A model generated the notes under the pieces. The model was given only the letters and a program-made list of their open reading frames with translations. It was not told where the DNA came from and ran no database searches. Positions 42,709 to 52,573 of a DNA stretch of 64,000 nucleotides are shown here, one piece after another. Positions within the stretch are counted from its first letter, which is position 1, and the number at the start of each line of letters is the position of its first letter. Made by a program: the position numbers and the translations under genes. Where the stretch lies: assembly GCA_963669175.1 (NCBI GenBank), contig OY769902.1:1728001-1792000 (forward strand), written 5' to 3'. The stretch comes from a bacterium. GTDB taxonomy: Bacteria > Electryoneota > Electryoneia > Electryoneales > Electryoneaceae.

Positions 42709-42807
42709 GAATTAGTAATGAGGAATTACAGGAGAAGAAGCCAAACTTGGCTCAAGCTGGCTCTTATCTAAGCGATGGTACAATTCCTAATTCCTAATTG
42801 CAAATTG

Positions 42808-43509
42808 CTAATTAAAGATAGCGTTTGCCATTGAAAACTCCCCCTCCGTTTTCCCCGACAGGAACCTAACTGCCGGGGCAACTCCCTGGGCGAAGGCCTG
42901 ACGTGAGCGGGCACGGTGGATCACTTCGATCTCCTCGCCTTCAGACGCGAACACCACGTGATGCTCGCCGACCACTTCGCCCAGACGCAGGCTGACACAC
43001 TGCACCGGACCGCCGACCTCCTGCAGCACTTCCATCAACCGTTTCGCCGTGCCGGAGGGAGCGTCCAGCTTGTGCTTGTGATGGGTTTCCTGTATGCCGA
43101 CGTCGTACTTGTCACCCAACACGGTCCGCATTTTCGGCATCAGGTCAAACAGGAGATTGATCCCGATGGAAAGGTTGGGAGCAACGATATGAGCGTTTTT
43201 CAGATCACGAAGACGAGCGGCCTGATCCGGTGAGAACCCGGTAGCGCCGATCAGGATGGGGATGCCAAGTTCTTCAGCTCGCAGAGCATGGGTATACGCT
43301 ACTGATCCAAGCGAAACATCCACCCAGACATCCGCACTCAAATCAGAATTGCCAAGGTCTGCTTCAAGCGTCAGGTCGCCTACATGCTGCCCTGCTACGG
43401 CCTGCACATCCACCGCATGCGCGATCCGGATATCGGCTTCCTTCGTCAACGCTTCCACAACTTCACGACCCATACGGCCGTTGGCGCCGAACAACGTCAC
43501 GGTGATCAT
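42808..43509 (-). CDS. dapB: 4-hydroxy-tetrahydrodipicolinate reductase
   Basis: GANGRMG, GATGF, PNLSIG and ETHHKHKLDAPSGTA. Confidence 0.95.
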   Translation of the reverse strand: MITVTLFGANGRMGREVVEALTKEADIRIAHAVDVQAVAGQHVGDLTLEADLGNSDLSADVWVDVSLGSVAYTHALRAEELGIPILIGATGFSPDQAARLRDLKNAHIVAPNLSIGINLLFDLMPKMRTVLGDKYDVGIQETHHKHKLDAPSGTAKRLMEVLQEVGGPVQCVSLRLGEVVGEHHVVFASEGEEIEVIHRARSRQAFAQGVAPAVRFLSGKTEGEFSMANAIFN

Positions 43510-43767
43510 CTCGCTCTCCCTTTTTAGATCCACTCACAGGCTTAACAGGATAATAGGATGAAAGGATTTCAAGGATGATTCTTATGGTTAAAAGTTGAAA
43601 AGTTATAATGTTATAAAGTTATTCGAGCTAACGAAAAACAGGGACTGACCCATCGTAGTCTGTCCCGTTTTTCGCAACTAAATCTGATCCAGTCTCTAAA
43701 CCAATGGATGTTTGGCCCGACTGCTCGCTGTCGGGTTTCAGCTATCAGATAGTCAGCGTGAGATACA

Positions 43768-44175
43768 CTAATCCTTGTACCGATAGAAAGTATGGGCATA
43801 ATCAGAAGACATGGAAGACTCAATAATTTCCTTTTCATTTGGTTTTAAAGGATCGGGATTTTCAAAATTCATTGAAACAAGAAAATCCTTTGATAAGACT
43901 AAACCATCAACAGGCATATTTACATCATCCTTAATACGTCGCGAAAGCCATAGCGCAATTTGTTGTGCTAAGGATGTTTCTTCGCCAATATTTCTTCCAC
44001 CAGTCTTGTAAGGGCAAGCAAAAAAGGCCTCTTTGTATTGAATCTTAAACAATATCGCTATCTGATATGCCGATAACATTATATATTTTCCCAAGTGAGG
44101 TTGAAGTGGATTTTTATGTTGTTTTAATACCTCGATGATTTTTTCGCCAACCTGGTAATCTTCCCACCAACTCAT
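43768..44175 (-). CDS. AT-rich hypothetical protein between dapA and dapB
   Basis: 135 aa ORF with a GGAGG RBS; visibly lower GC than its neighbours. Confidence 0.7.
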   Translation of the reverse strand: MSWWEDYQVGEKIIEVLKQHKNPLQPHLGKYIMLSAYQIAILFKIQYKEAFFACPYKTGGRNIGEETSLAQQIALWLSRRIKDDVNMPVDGLVLSKDFLVSMNFENPDPLKPNEKEIIESSMSSDYAHTFYRYKD

Positions 44176-44302
44176 ACTTCCCTCCTTGTTTCGTTTATCC
44201 AAAATTGTTGTTTAGTAATATTATTACAATACACTAAAAATGCAATATTTAACGAGGCTTCATTTAAGTAATTATAATGTCTGAAAGAGATTAATTCGCT
44301 GG

Positions 44303-45196
44303 TCAGCTTGCAACTAACGATAGTTCTCGCAATACAGCCAAAATTACTTCTTCCGATTCGGGACGGATTGGCGCCAGTGGCGGACGTACAGTCCCAGCGG
44401 GCAGGCCCATTTGATTCAAAGCAAACTTGGCAGGGCCGGGGCTGGTTTCGATGAACAGCGCTGAGACCAGGCTGGCAAAACTACGATGTAACTTGTACGC
44501 TTCCACATCGTTACCGTCGTTTTCCAGCTCCCACTGTTTCACGACCAGTTCTGGGACGATGTTGGACAGCACACTGACCGTGCCCGAGCCACCGATTTGC
44601 CAGATAGGCAGGTTCTGACCGTCTTCGCCGCTGAATACTGTAAGCTCATTACCAACACGCCAGATCAGATCCCATATCTGGGTCAGGTCGCCGGATGCTT
44701 CCTTTATGGCAGCTATCGACGGAATCTCCATCAGTCGTTCTGCCGTCGCGGGTTTCAAGTTCACACCAGTGCGTCCGGGCACGTTATATACCATGATCGG
44801 AATCTCCGGTACCGCTTCGGCGATCATGGAAAAGTGGCGAACCAGTCCGTCCGGGGTCGGTTTGTTGTAATAGGGAGTGATGACCAGCGCGCCATCCACG
44901 CCCAGTTCATGAGCGCGTCTCGTGCGTTCGATACTCTTGACCGTATTGTTGGTGCCGGTGCCGACGACGATAGTCGCCTTGCCCTTCGCTTCACGCACGG
45001 CGATGCGGATCACCGTTTCCCACTCGTTCATGGTCATCGCAGGCGCTTCACCAGTGGTGCCACAGGGGACCAGTCCGTGAATACCCGCTTCCACCTGGCG
45101 CTTCACCAAGGCCGCGTACGCAGCTTCATCCAATGAACCATCTTCCCTGAACGGGGTCACTAACGCTGTAAAAACTCCCTGCCAGTCTACTCGCAT
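44303..45196 (-). CDS. dapA: 4-hydroxy-tetrahydrodipicolinate synthase
   Basis: GTTGE, PYYNKP, YNVPGRTG and IKEASG. Confidence 0.96.
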   Translation of the reverse strand: MRVDWQGVFTALVTPFREDGSLDEAAYAALVKRQVEAGIHGLVPCGTTGEAPAMTMNEWETVIRIAVREAKGKATIVVGTGTNNTVKSIERTRRAHELGVDGALVITPYYNKPTPDGLVRHFSMIAEAVPEIPIMVYNVPGRTGVNLKPATAERLMEIPSIAAIKEASGDLTQIWDLIWRVGNELTVFSGEDGQNLPIWQIGGSGTVSVLSNIVPELVVKQWELENDGNDVEAYKLHRSFASLVSALFIETSPGPAKFALNQMGLPAGTVRPPLAPIRPESEEVILAVLRELSLVAS

Positions 45197-45222
45197 GCTT
45201 CCACTCCCAATATCTTACCGCA

Positions 45223-45445
45223 GGACTCACAGGATAATAGGATGAAAGGATGCCAAGGATAACTGCACAAATATACTTAAAAGATAAAGAAAAGCAATGA
45301 TACGATTAGAATAATAAATGCTATTAATCAATAATATAATTTGTCACCCATAAAATGTGTTTTTATCCTTGAAATCCTTCTATCCTATCATCCTGTTAAG
45401 CCTGTTTTGTATCCTGAATATCTGTTGAAATCCTGTTTATCCTGT
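45223..45445. repeat. CAGGAT/ATCCTG inverted low-complexity element between glnA and dapA
   Basis: gactcacaggataataggatgaaaggatgccaaggataa mirrored by ttatccttgaaatccttctatcctatcatcctg. Confidence 0.8.
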
Positions 45446-45459
45446 AAATGCTTGCTCGT

Positions 45460-46875
45460 TTAAATGTCGTAATACAGCTCAAACTCCCACGGATGCGGCC
45501 GTTGACGAAGCGCGTTCACTTCACGGTCGCGTTTGTACCAGATCCAGGTATCTACAACATCCTCCGTGAACACATTCCCCTTGTACAGGAAGTCCTGATC
45601 GGCTTCAAGGGCGTCAAGCGCATCGGCCAGTGTCGGCGGGGTTTCCGGCACATTGTCCAGCTCTTCCGGTTCCAGGTCATACATGTTCTTGTCCAGCGGA
45701 TCGCCGGGATGGATGCGGTTCTGGATGCCGTCAAGCCCGGCCATCAGCATGGCGCTGAAGGCAAGGTAGGGATTGCAGGAGCTGTCCGGGACACGGAACT
45801 CCACACGTTTCGCCTTCGGACTGTTGGAATACATGGGAATCCGGATTGCCGCGCTACGGTTACGTTGGCTGTAGGTCAGGCGTGTCGGCGCTTCGAAGCC
45901 GGGAATCAGGCGCTTGTAACTGTTCGTGGTTGGGTTGGTGAAGGCGCACAACGCCGGGGCATGCTTCAGGATACCGCCAATGAAATGCAGCGCCATCTCC
46001 GACATGCCGGCATAATGATCACCGGCGAACAGAGGAGTTTCCCCGTTCCACAGGCTCATGTGAACGTGCATTCCGCTGCCGTTATCGCCATAGATCGGTT
46101 TCGGCATGAAGGTCGCGGTTTTGTTATGACGGTGCGCGACATTCTTGACCACATATTTGAAAAGCTGCAGGTTGTCCGCCATACGGAGCAGCGGGCTGAA
46201 CTGCATGTCAATCTCGCCCTGTCCACCGGTCGCGACTTCATGGTGATGCGCTTCAACCGTGATATTCAGCGATTCAAGAATCATCGCCATTTCGCTACGC
46301 AGATCCTGGGTGGCATCCTGCGGCGGTACCGGGAAATAGCCCTCTTTGTAACGTGGTTTGTACCCAAGGTTCGGGTTCTCTTCCCGCCCGGAATTCCAAT
46401 GTCCTTCAACAGAATCGATGTGGAAATAGCCTTCATGAGCGTTCTGGTCATAACGAATATCGTCAAAGATGAAAAACTCCGCTTCCGGGCCGACAAACAC
46501 CGTGTCCGCCTGTCCCAGGGAACGCATGTACTCCTCGGCTTTGCGTGCGAGGGTACGTGGGCACTTGCTGTACGGCAGCATGGTTGTCGGTTCAATGATA
46601 TCGCAGAACAGGATCAGGGTTGGAGTGGAGGCGAAGGGATCGAGTACGGCTGTGGAAGCGTCAGGACGCACCAGCATGTCGGACTCGTTGATCTGCCGCC
46701 AGCCACGGATGCTGCTGCCGTCGAAACCGTAGCCCGACTCAAAATCCTCATGCTTCAATCGACCGACCGGGATGGTGAAATGCTGCCATAATCCGGGGAA
46801 ATCCATGAAACGAAGATCGACCATGGTGATGCCACGGCTCTTGATCAATTCGAACAGATCATGAATCAGATCCAT
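45460..46875 (-). CDS. glnA: Glutamine synthetase type I
   Basis: [40 protein letters not shown] and NRSAAIRIP; ATG 46875 follows AGGAG. Confidence 0.98.
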   Translation of the reverse strand: MDLIHDLFELIKSRGITMVDLRFMDFPGLWQHFTIPVGRLKHEDFESGYGFDGSSIRGWRQINESDMLVRPDASTAVLDPFASTPTLILFCDIIEPTTMLPYSKCPRTLARKAEEYMRSLGQADTVFVGPEAEFFIFDDIRYDQNAHEGYFHIDSVEGHWNSGREENPNLGYKPRYKEGYFPVPPQDATQDLRSEMAMILESLNITVEAHHHEVATGGQGEIDMQFSPLLRMADNLQLFKYVVKNVAHRHNKTATFMPKPIYGDNGSGMHVHMSLWNGETPLFAGDHYAGMSEMALHFIGGILKHAPALCAFTNPTTNSYKRLIPGFEAPTRLTYSQRNRSAAIRIPMYSNSPKAKRVEFRVPDSSCNPYLAFSAMLMAGLDGIQNRIHPGDPLDKNMYDLEPEELDNVPETPPTLADALDALEADQDFLYKGNVFTEDVVDTWIWYKRDREVNALRQRPHPWEFELYYDI

Positions 46876-46919
46876 CTGTCTTCTCCTTCTATGTTCGCTT
46901 TTTCTTTTCCGACCTTTGG

Positions 46920-47085
46920 GACTCACAGGATATTAGGATGATAGGATGATAAGGATAAGGCGAAAAGTTCTATTGAAAAGAAAAGATTTTCATTTGATCT
47001 TTCAAAAGTAAATAATAAATAATTGATTACAGGGTTCTTGCTAATATTTTGTATCCTTGATATCCTTCTATCCTATCATCCTGTG
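46920..47085. repeat. CAGGAT/ATCCTG inverted element between glnB and glnA
   Basis: gactcacaggatattaggatgataggatgataaggat ... atccttgatatccttctatcctatcatcctgtg. Confidence 0.8.
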
Positions 47086-47094
47086 CGACATGAA

Positions 47095-47451
<357 letters not shown>

Positions 47452-48510
47452 TTATACTGCGAAACGGATATGCATGATATCGCCATCCTGCACGATATAG
47501 GTCTTGCCTTCCAGACGTAACAGTCCCTTGTCCTTACACGCGGACATGGAGCCCAATTCAAGCAACGTGGTCGATGGAACCACCTCTGCACGGATGAAGC
47601 CACGTTGCAGATCCGAATGAATCTCGCCCGCCGCTTCCACTGCGGGAAGACCCGAGGTGATCGGCCAGGAACGGCACTCATCATCGCCAACGGTGAAGAA
47701 TCGGATCAGGCCCAGCAACTCAAATCCCAATCGGATAACTCGCAGCGACGCAGGTTCGTCAACCCCGAGATCCGCCAGGAAATCGCCACGGTCTTCCGGT
47801 TCAAGCTGCGCGATTTCCGCTTCGAGTTCCGCGTTCAGGACTTCCAGTCTGCGTTTGATCCCGTTCAAAGTATCGGCCAACGCATCCCGGAGCACTGCGC
47901 CATCCTGATGCTCGCCATGATTGATTACGATCAATATTGGCTTCTGGGACAGGAAAGCATAGGTGCGAAGAACCTTTTCCTCTTCCGGGGCAAATTCCAG
48001 CTCGCGTAACGGTTTTTCTTCGTTCAGAGTATCGAGGCAACGCTGGATGGCCTTCTCTTCGATGGCGTCAACCTTCAGACCACGCTGACGAGACTGCTTG
48101 ATCTTCTCGGCACGGTTCTCCGCGGTTTGCAGATCAGAAAGAAGCAGCTCGGCTTCAATATCCTCCACCTGCCTGCGGATATGATTCAGCATTTCGTCTT
48201 TGTCGTCACCGAGATGGAATGTGCCGATTACCGCCGCCAATACGGTAGCGCCCTGCAGGTGATTAACCATGGAACGCTTGAACCCGGTACGTTCTTCCGT
48301 ATGCGCCAGTCCCGCGATATCCAGGTAATTCATCTTGGCAGCGACTTTTTTCGAGCGTGGCCAGAGAGCGTGAAGTTGATCCAGGGTCGCATCTGTAACT
48401 TCCGCGACGCCGGGATGCGCCTGTGAACCGATATCCGGCTGATCGCCTGTCAACGCCGTAAATAGGGTGGACTTCCCTCCGCCCTGCCACCCGATGAGTG
48501 CAATGTGCAT
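47452..48510 (-). CDS. ychF: YchF-like Obg-family ATPase (divergent)
   Basis: GWQGGGKST, DIAGL, FFTVG, AAGEIHSDLQRGFIRAEV and EGKTYIVQDGD. Confidence 0.8.
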   Translation of the reverse strand: MHIALIGWQGGGKSTLFTALTGDQPDIGSQAHPGVAEVTDATLDQLHALWPRSKKVAAKMNYLDIAGLAHTEERTGFKRSMVNHLQGATVLAAVIGTFHLGDDKDEMLNHIRRQVEDIEAELLLSDLQTAENRAEKIKQSRQRGLKVDAIEEKAIQRCLDTLNEEKPLRELEFAPEEEKVLRTYAFLSQKPILIVINHGEHQDGAVLRDALADTLNGIKRRLEVLNAELEAEIAQLEPEDRGDFLADLGVDEPASLRVIRLGFELLGLIRFFTVGDDECRSWPITSGLPAVEAAGEIHSDLQRGFIRAEVVPSTTLLELGSMSACKDKGLLRLEGKTYIVQDGDIMHIRFAV

Positions 48511-49282
48511 GGTTGTACTGTTTCCGTTAGCCTGATCAATGTTTAGCGAAAATAAATAATGTAGAGGAGCCTATGATACAAGGCAAGAGGTCAAAAATAT
48601 TACGTCCCCCGGATGAAAAAAGGATCAATCATTCATCCGGTTGAAAATACGCGTTTTGACATGTCGTCCCGTACGGCAAGTTCCTGTCGTCGCATGGGGG
48701 GTTAGGGAAATCTAATCTCCCTTACTGCAATATGTAACTTAAATATGGGTGCCTCACAATCTTGTGTGTGTATACTATATAGGGCACAAACGCCAAGTGA
48801 GTATTCAAGTGACCCACCTTCGGTGGACATGGATGAAACCTGATCAAACTTTCTGTATTCTTGTTGACTATGGTTGTTTGCCCCGCACGAAACGGCGAGG
48901 CACCCCAAAATGAATGTTCAAATCATGAGTGAGGTTTGTGGCAGGTATCCTGATCATCATGCTGCTGACAGGGACTTCCTGTTTACAAGATGCTCCTCAA
49001 ATCCAGTAGTCGTGAAGGTTTTAGCACGGGGTAACTTGGCTCTCCTGTAATTAGCCTATTCCTCGCGAGACAAACTCTTGATAAGGCAAAAATTGAATAT
49101 TGTCTTCGTAATTGTCTATTATTGAATATAGTATCGAAATTCATAATCGGGGATGTAAGATCTCAGCAAACATCTGGTTCTGCCTACTCCAACCTTCCTG
49201 AATTGCTCGCCTATTGTTTGCATTGTAGATCTACAAGTCTTTAAACTTATAAATACATATGTTAGGAACGGGAAGAGCAACT

Positions 49283-49300
49283 TTGTCACATTTTTCACAA
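49283..49300. promoter_or_regulatory. Rex-like operator
   Basis: TTGTCACATTTTTCACAA versus consensus TTGTGAAnnnnTTCACAA (2 mismatches), just upstream of the cytochrome RBS. Confidence 0.5.
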
Positions 49301-49318
49301 AGCAGTACAGGAGGGAGC

Positions 49319-50767
49319 ATGAGATCAGGATGCCTTGTTTTGTTTATCCTTGTCTTTGCATTCGTGATGATCGGGTGTGAAGGGGAGGTTGGGCCCCAGG
49401 GACCGGCAGGTCCGGAAGGCCCGGAAGGAGCGCAAGGCCCGGCGGGTGAAGATGGGCAGGATGGGCAGGGTGTGTATGAGTTTACCTACCTAGGCAATGG
49501 TGGCGAAGACTGTATGCACTGCCACATGACAACGGTTTCCAACTGGAGCGGCACCAAGCATTACGAAGCTTACGCGGACCTGGATTCGGAAAGTAAGGAA
49601 AATCCGTATTGCGTGAAGTGCCACGTTACCGGTTGGGACAGCGAAGTCGCGTATGGTGATACCGTCATCAATGTATACGGTCCCGATACGACTGGTTTTG
49701 ATGATTACTGGATGGTAGAGACCGATGAGGCGGAAGAGCGTCGCATGGCCTTGGCTGGTGTGCAGTGTGAGGCTTGTCACGGTGGCATGGGACCAGACTT
49801 CAACGCACATCGTCCCAATATCAGTTTTGCCACTCATAACGATGAGGATGGTGAATCCTTATCCCTTTGTTCGCCTTGTCACAGCACCCAGTTGAATGAA
49901 TGGGTGGAATCCGGGCATGCGGCTGTGCAGGCTTCGTTGACGCCGGAACAGTTTACAGATGAATTCGGACGTTCATCATGCAACCCCTGCCATACCTCGG
50001 AAGGTTTCCTTGCCGCCAATGACCCGGCGTATGCGACCTATGAGTTTGATGAACTGCAATCCTACATCGGTTGTGTGACCTGTCATGATCCGCACTCCAA
50101 CACCTACGAAGCCCAGGTGCGCACGGTAGGTGCGGTTGAGACGGTGTACCATCCCGGTTATGAAGATGGCGACCCGGAAGTGGCGACCATGGACGGGTAC
50201 GGTGTCGGCCAGGTTTGTGCGCAGTGCCACCACGGACGGCGTGATGCGGACAACGTTGACAGCCAGATTGCAGACGGCTACGCTCACTTCGGTCCGCACG
50301 GTTCCCCGCAGATGGACACCTACATCGGTACCGGTTGTTACGAGATCGAGGACTTCGTCTATGAAGGCAGCCATGCACATCAGTCGATCAGCAACGGCTG
50401 CGTAAGCTGTCACATGGAACGTGAAGCGATTATCCATGGCGAGCTCCAGGATCACTCGTTCCATTCTTTCACACCGGATGCGGATAACTGCCTGCCCTGC
50501 CACAGCATCGAAGATTTCGATTACAACGGTGTCCAGACCGAGGTCATGGACAAACTGGATCAATTGGCCCAGGCGCTCGGCTACACAGATCGTGATGATT
50601 TCGAAGCCAACTTCGACAGCCAGGCGGATGGAGTTACCGCTGATGAACGTATGATTGCCTACGCAATGGTGTTCATTCTGAACGATGGCAGCTATGGTGT
50701 GCACAATCCTACGTACGTGATGGATCTGCTGGACAACGCGATTTCCTATTCGGCAACACTGCCGTAA
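49319..50767 (+). CDS. Nonaheme c-type cytochrome lipoprotein with collagen-like linker
   Basis: Lipobox MIGC; 10 Gly-X-Y triplets; nine CxxCH motifs. Confidence 0.92.
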   Translation: MRSGCLVLFILVFAFVMIGCEGEVGPQGPAGPEGPEGAQGPAGEDGQDGQGVYEFTYLGNGGEDCMHCHMTTVSNWSGTKHYEAYADLDSESKENPYCVKCHVTGWDSEVAYGDTVINVYGPDTTGFDDYWMVETDEAEERRMALAGVQCEACHGGMGPDFNAHRPNISFATHNDEDGESLSLCSPCHSTQLNEWVESGHAAVQASLTPEQFTDEFGRSSCNPCHTSEGFLAANDPAYATYEFDELQSYIGCVTCHDPHSNTYEAQVRTVGAVETVYHPGYEDGDPEVATMDGYGVGQVCAQCHHGRRDADNVDSQIADGYAHFGPHGSPQMDTYIGTGCYEIEDFVYEGSHAHQSISNGCVSCHMEREAIIHGELQDHSFHSFTPDADNCLPCHSIEDFDYNGVQTEVMDKLDQLAQALGYTDRDDFEANFDSQADGVTADERMIAYAMVFILNDGSYGVHNPTYVMDLLDNAISYSATLP

Positions 50768-50790
50768 TAGATTGTTCTTATTTTTTGACA

Positions 50791-50828
50791 AACAACGGGA
50801 CAGGCCGGTGCTGGTCTGTCCCGTTGTT
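50791..50828 (+). terminator. Terminator-like hairpin after the cytochrome gene
   Basis: aacaacgggacaggcc/ggtctgtcccgttgtt. Confidence 0.7.
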
Positions 50829-50924
50829 CTCCCTGATTCATACTGACTCACAGGATGTACAGATGGAGATTTATAGCGATTCCCATTATTATTCCGTCAT
50901 GTGCAAGATCAGTGAAAGGTCAAC

Positions 50925-51179
50925 CATATGGTTGGAATAAAGGATAAGGATATGGAAAAAGGGGACAGTTTCCTTTCCCTGGGGCAAAGCCTTCCCGCTG
51001 TGAGCATGGACCGGGAAAGGTGGCTGTACCCTTTTTCTTGAGAGCAGGCAGGACGTACACGGAAAAGGGTACAGTTTCCTTTTCCACAAGTTCGGCGAGA
51101 GTTTTTCATATGCGCGCGAGGAAAAGGATCCCGTCCCCTTTTCCCGGCAATCCTTATTATGTCGGAATAAAATCGAGAA
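50925..51179 (+). repeat. Four-site AAGG-N9-CCTT cassette, copy C
   Basis: Aligns with copies B and D; shares the cggaataaaatcgagaa tail with D. Confidence 0.9.
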
Positions 51180-51282
51180 CAGCAATACAAGATGTACAGG
51201 ATGTTGAAGGATGATCAGGATGGGAAATGATTGCTTGAGATAACTTTAGAATATAGTAGCGTGTCAACTTTTTACCTTTTGC

Positions 51283-51550
51283 TGTTATCCCCGGCTTCGA
51301 CCGGGGATCTCGCGGGATATCGTGTAAAGCCCGTTTGGCACTACTTGTGCGTCGTGGTGTACGTCTAACAGTCGGGATACTGGTAGCGCAACCTCGAGAT
51401 CCCCGTTCAAGCCGGGGATGACATGGGGATGGGGGATGGGGATGGGGGATGGGGATGACATGGGGATGGGGATGACATGGGGATGGGGTGGGGATGACAT
51501 AGGGACTGGGGGATGGGGATGACATGGGGATGGGGGATGGGGATGACATG
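51283..51550. repeat. REP-like doublet followed by a GGGGAT(GACAT) microsatellite
   Basis: tgttatccccggcttcgaccggggatctc ... gagatccccgttcaagccggggatgac, then about 130 bp of GGGGAT/GGGGATGACAT units. Confidence 0.9.
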
Positions 51551-51700
51551 GATATTGGGAGGACGGATGGCCCGATGCACAGGTGACAATACTTCCATAC
51601 CAAACGGAGCAGGCAAACTCTCACAAGAACAAGCCTTACCAGTTGTTCTTCGAGTGCGTCGGGATGAATGAAAAACAATACCTTATAACTTCAAATCAAA

Positions 51701-52321
51701 CTACAATGAAAATCTGCGTAACCGTTGGAAAACGACCGGCACCAGCAGGATAAACACCAGTGTATTGGTTACCAGGTGCATCACGACAAAGGGCAATCCC
51801 AGCAGGAAATACGCCAGCCAGTTGTGCCAGTGAAGCAGACCTGCGGAGAGTGGGAAGGCCAGGGAGGTCAGGGAATCATAAATGAATGTAAGCAGCAGGC
51901 CGAAGCAGCCGCTGATAATCACCTGAATTTTCAAAGGGGATTGTTGTAACCACGACCGCAACAAACCGAAAGTCATCCCCATGAGCCCCATTCCGGTTAT
52001 CTGGGCGGCCCATACGGGCGGATAAGGCAGTCCCCAGGCATTCAGACCGCCGTAGATCAACATGGCGAACCCACCGACGACAAAACCACTCGATGCTCCG
52101 AGCGTCAAACCGGCAAGCGCGACGGTAGCGCTGATCAGCTCGAAGTTCGGCACGATCGTCAGCAGGTAGCCGAGGGCCACAGCAGCAGCCGTAAACATGG
52201 CAACACGAGCCAGCAAAACAGCCTGGCTTCTCTTGAACCGTGCCGAATGCTCGAACGGGTCACCGGGGTTGTTGGAATTGTGCTGATTTTCCACGATTTT
52301 TCGACCTGGTTTCTTTTGCAT
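51701..52321 (-). CDS. ECF transporter S component (start uncertain)
   Basis: AMFTAAAVALG..VPNFEL N-terminal motif, about 6 TM helices, GLPFVVMH. Confidence 0.75.
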   Translation of the reverse strand: MQKKPGRKIVENQHNSNNPGDPFEHSARFKRSQAVLLARVAMFTAAAVALGYLLTIVPNFELISATVALAGLTLGASSGFVVGGFAMLIYGGLNAWGLPYPPVWAAQITGMGLMGMTFGLLRSWLQQSPLKIQVIISGCFGLLLTFIYDSLTSLAFPLSAGLLHWHNWLAYFLLGLPFVVMHLVTNTLVFILLVPVVFQRLRRFSL

Positions 52322-52573
52322 GCCACGCAAAGTTAGGTCCGGCAGAGAAACTTTGCAATCATGCGGGAACCCTCGGAACAGTATATTCATCTAACATTCA
52401 CTGGAGGAGAAGCGGCGACTTTCGTCACATGACATTCAGGGCCTTGAGTCCTATATTACGGAGTTGAAGCATTCCTCTAACTCTGGGCCACGTAAATCGG
52501 TTCAGAAGGAACTGAGCGTTTCAGGAATAAGTACAAAAAACACCTTCCATTGGGGATTGAAAGCGAGAAAAGG

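Noticed and set aside
45448-46791. 447-aa ORF antisense to glnA (and similar long antisense ORFs such as 41128-42216 and 14017-15039)
   Set aside because: Shadow frames of well-supported genes with no recognisable motifs.
48938-48960. Cobalamin riboswitch B12-box-like string on the minus strand (ATCAGGATACCTGCC)
   Set aside because: The other conserved riboswitch elements are not found, and the downstream gene is ychF-like.
51157-51678. Pro/His-rich ORFs on the minus strand
   Set aside because: They are translations of the GGGGAT microsatellite and REP sequence.
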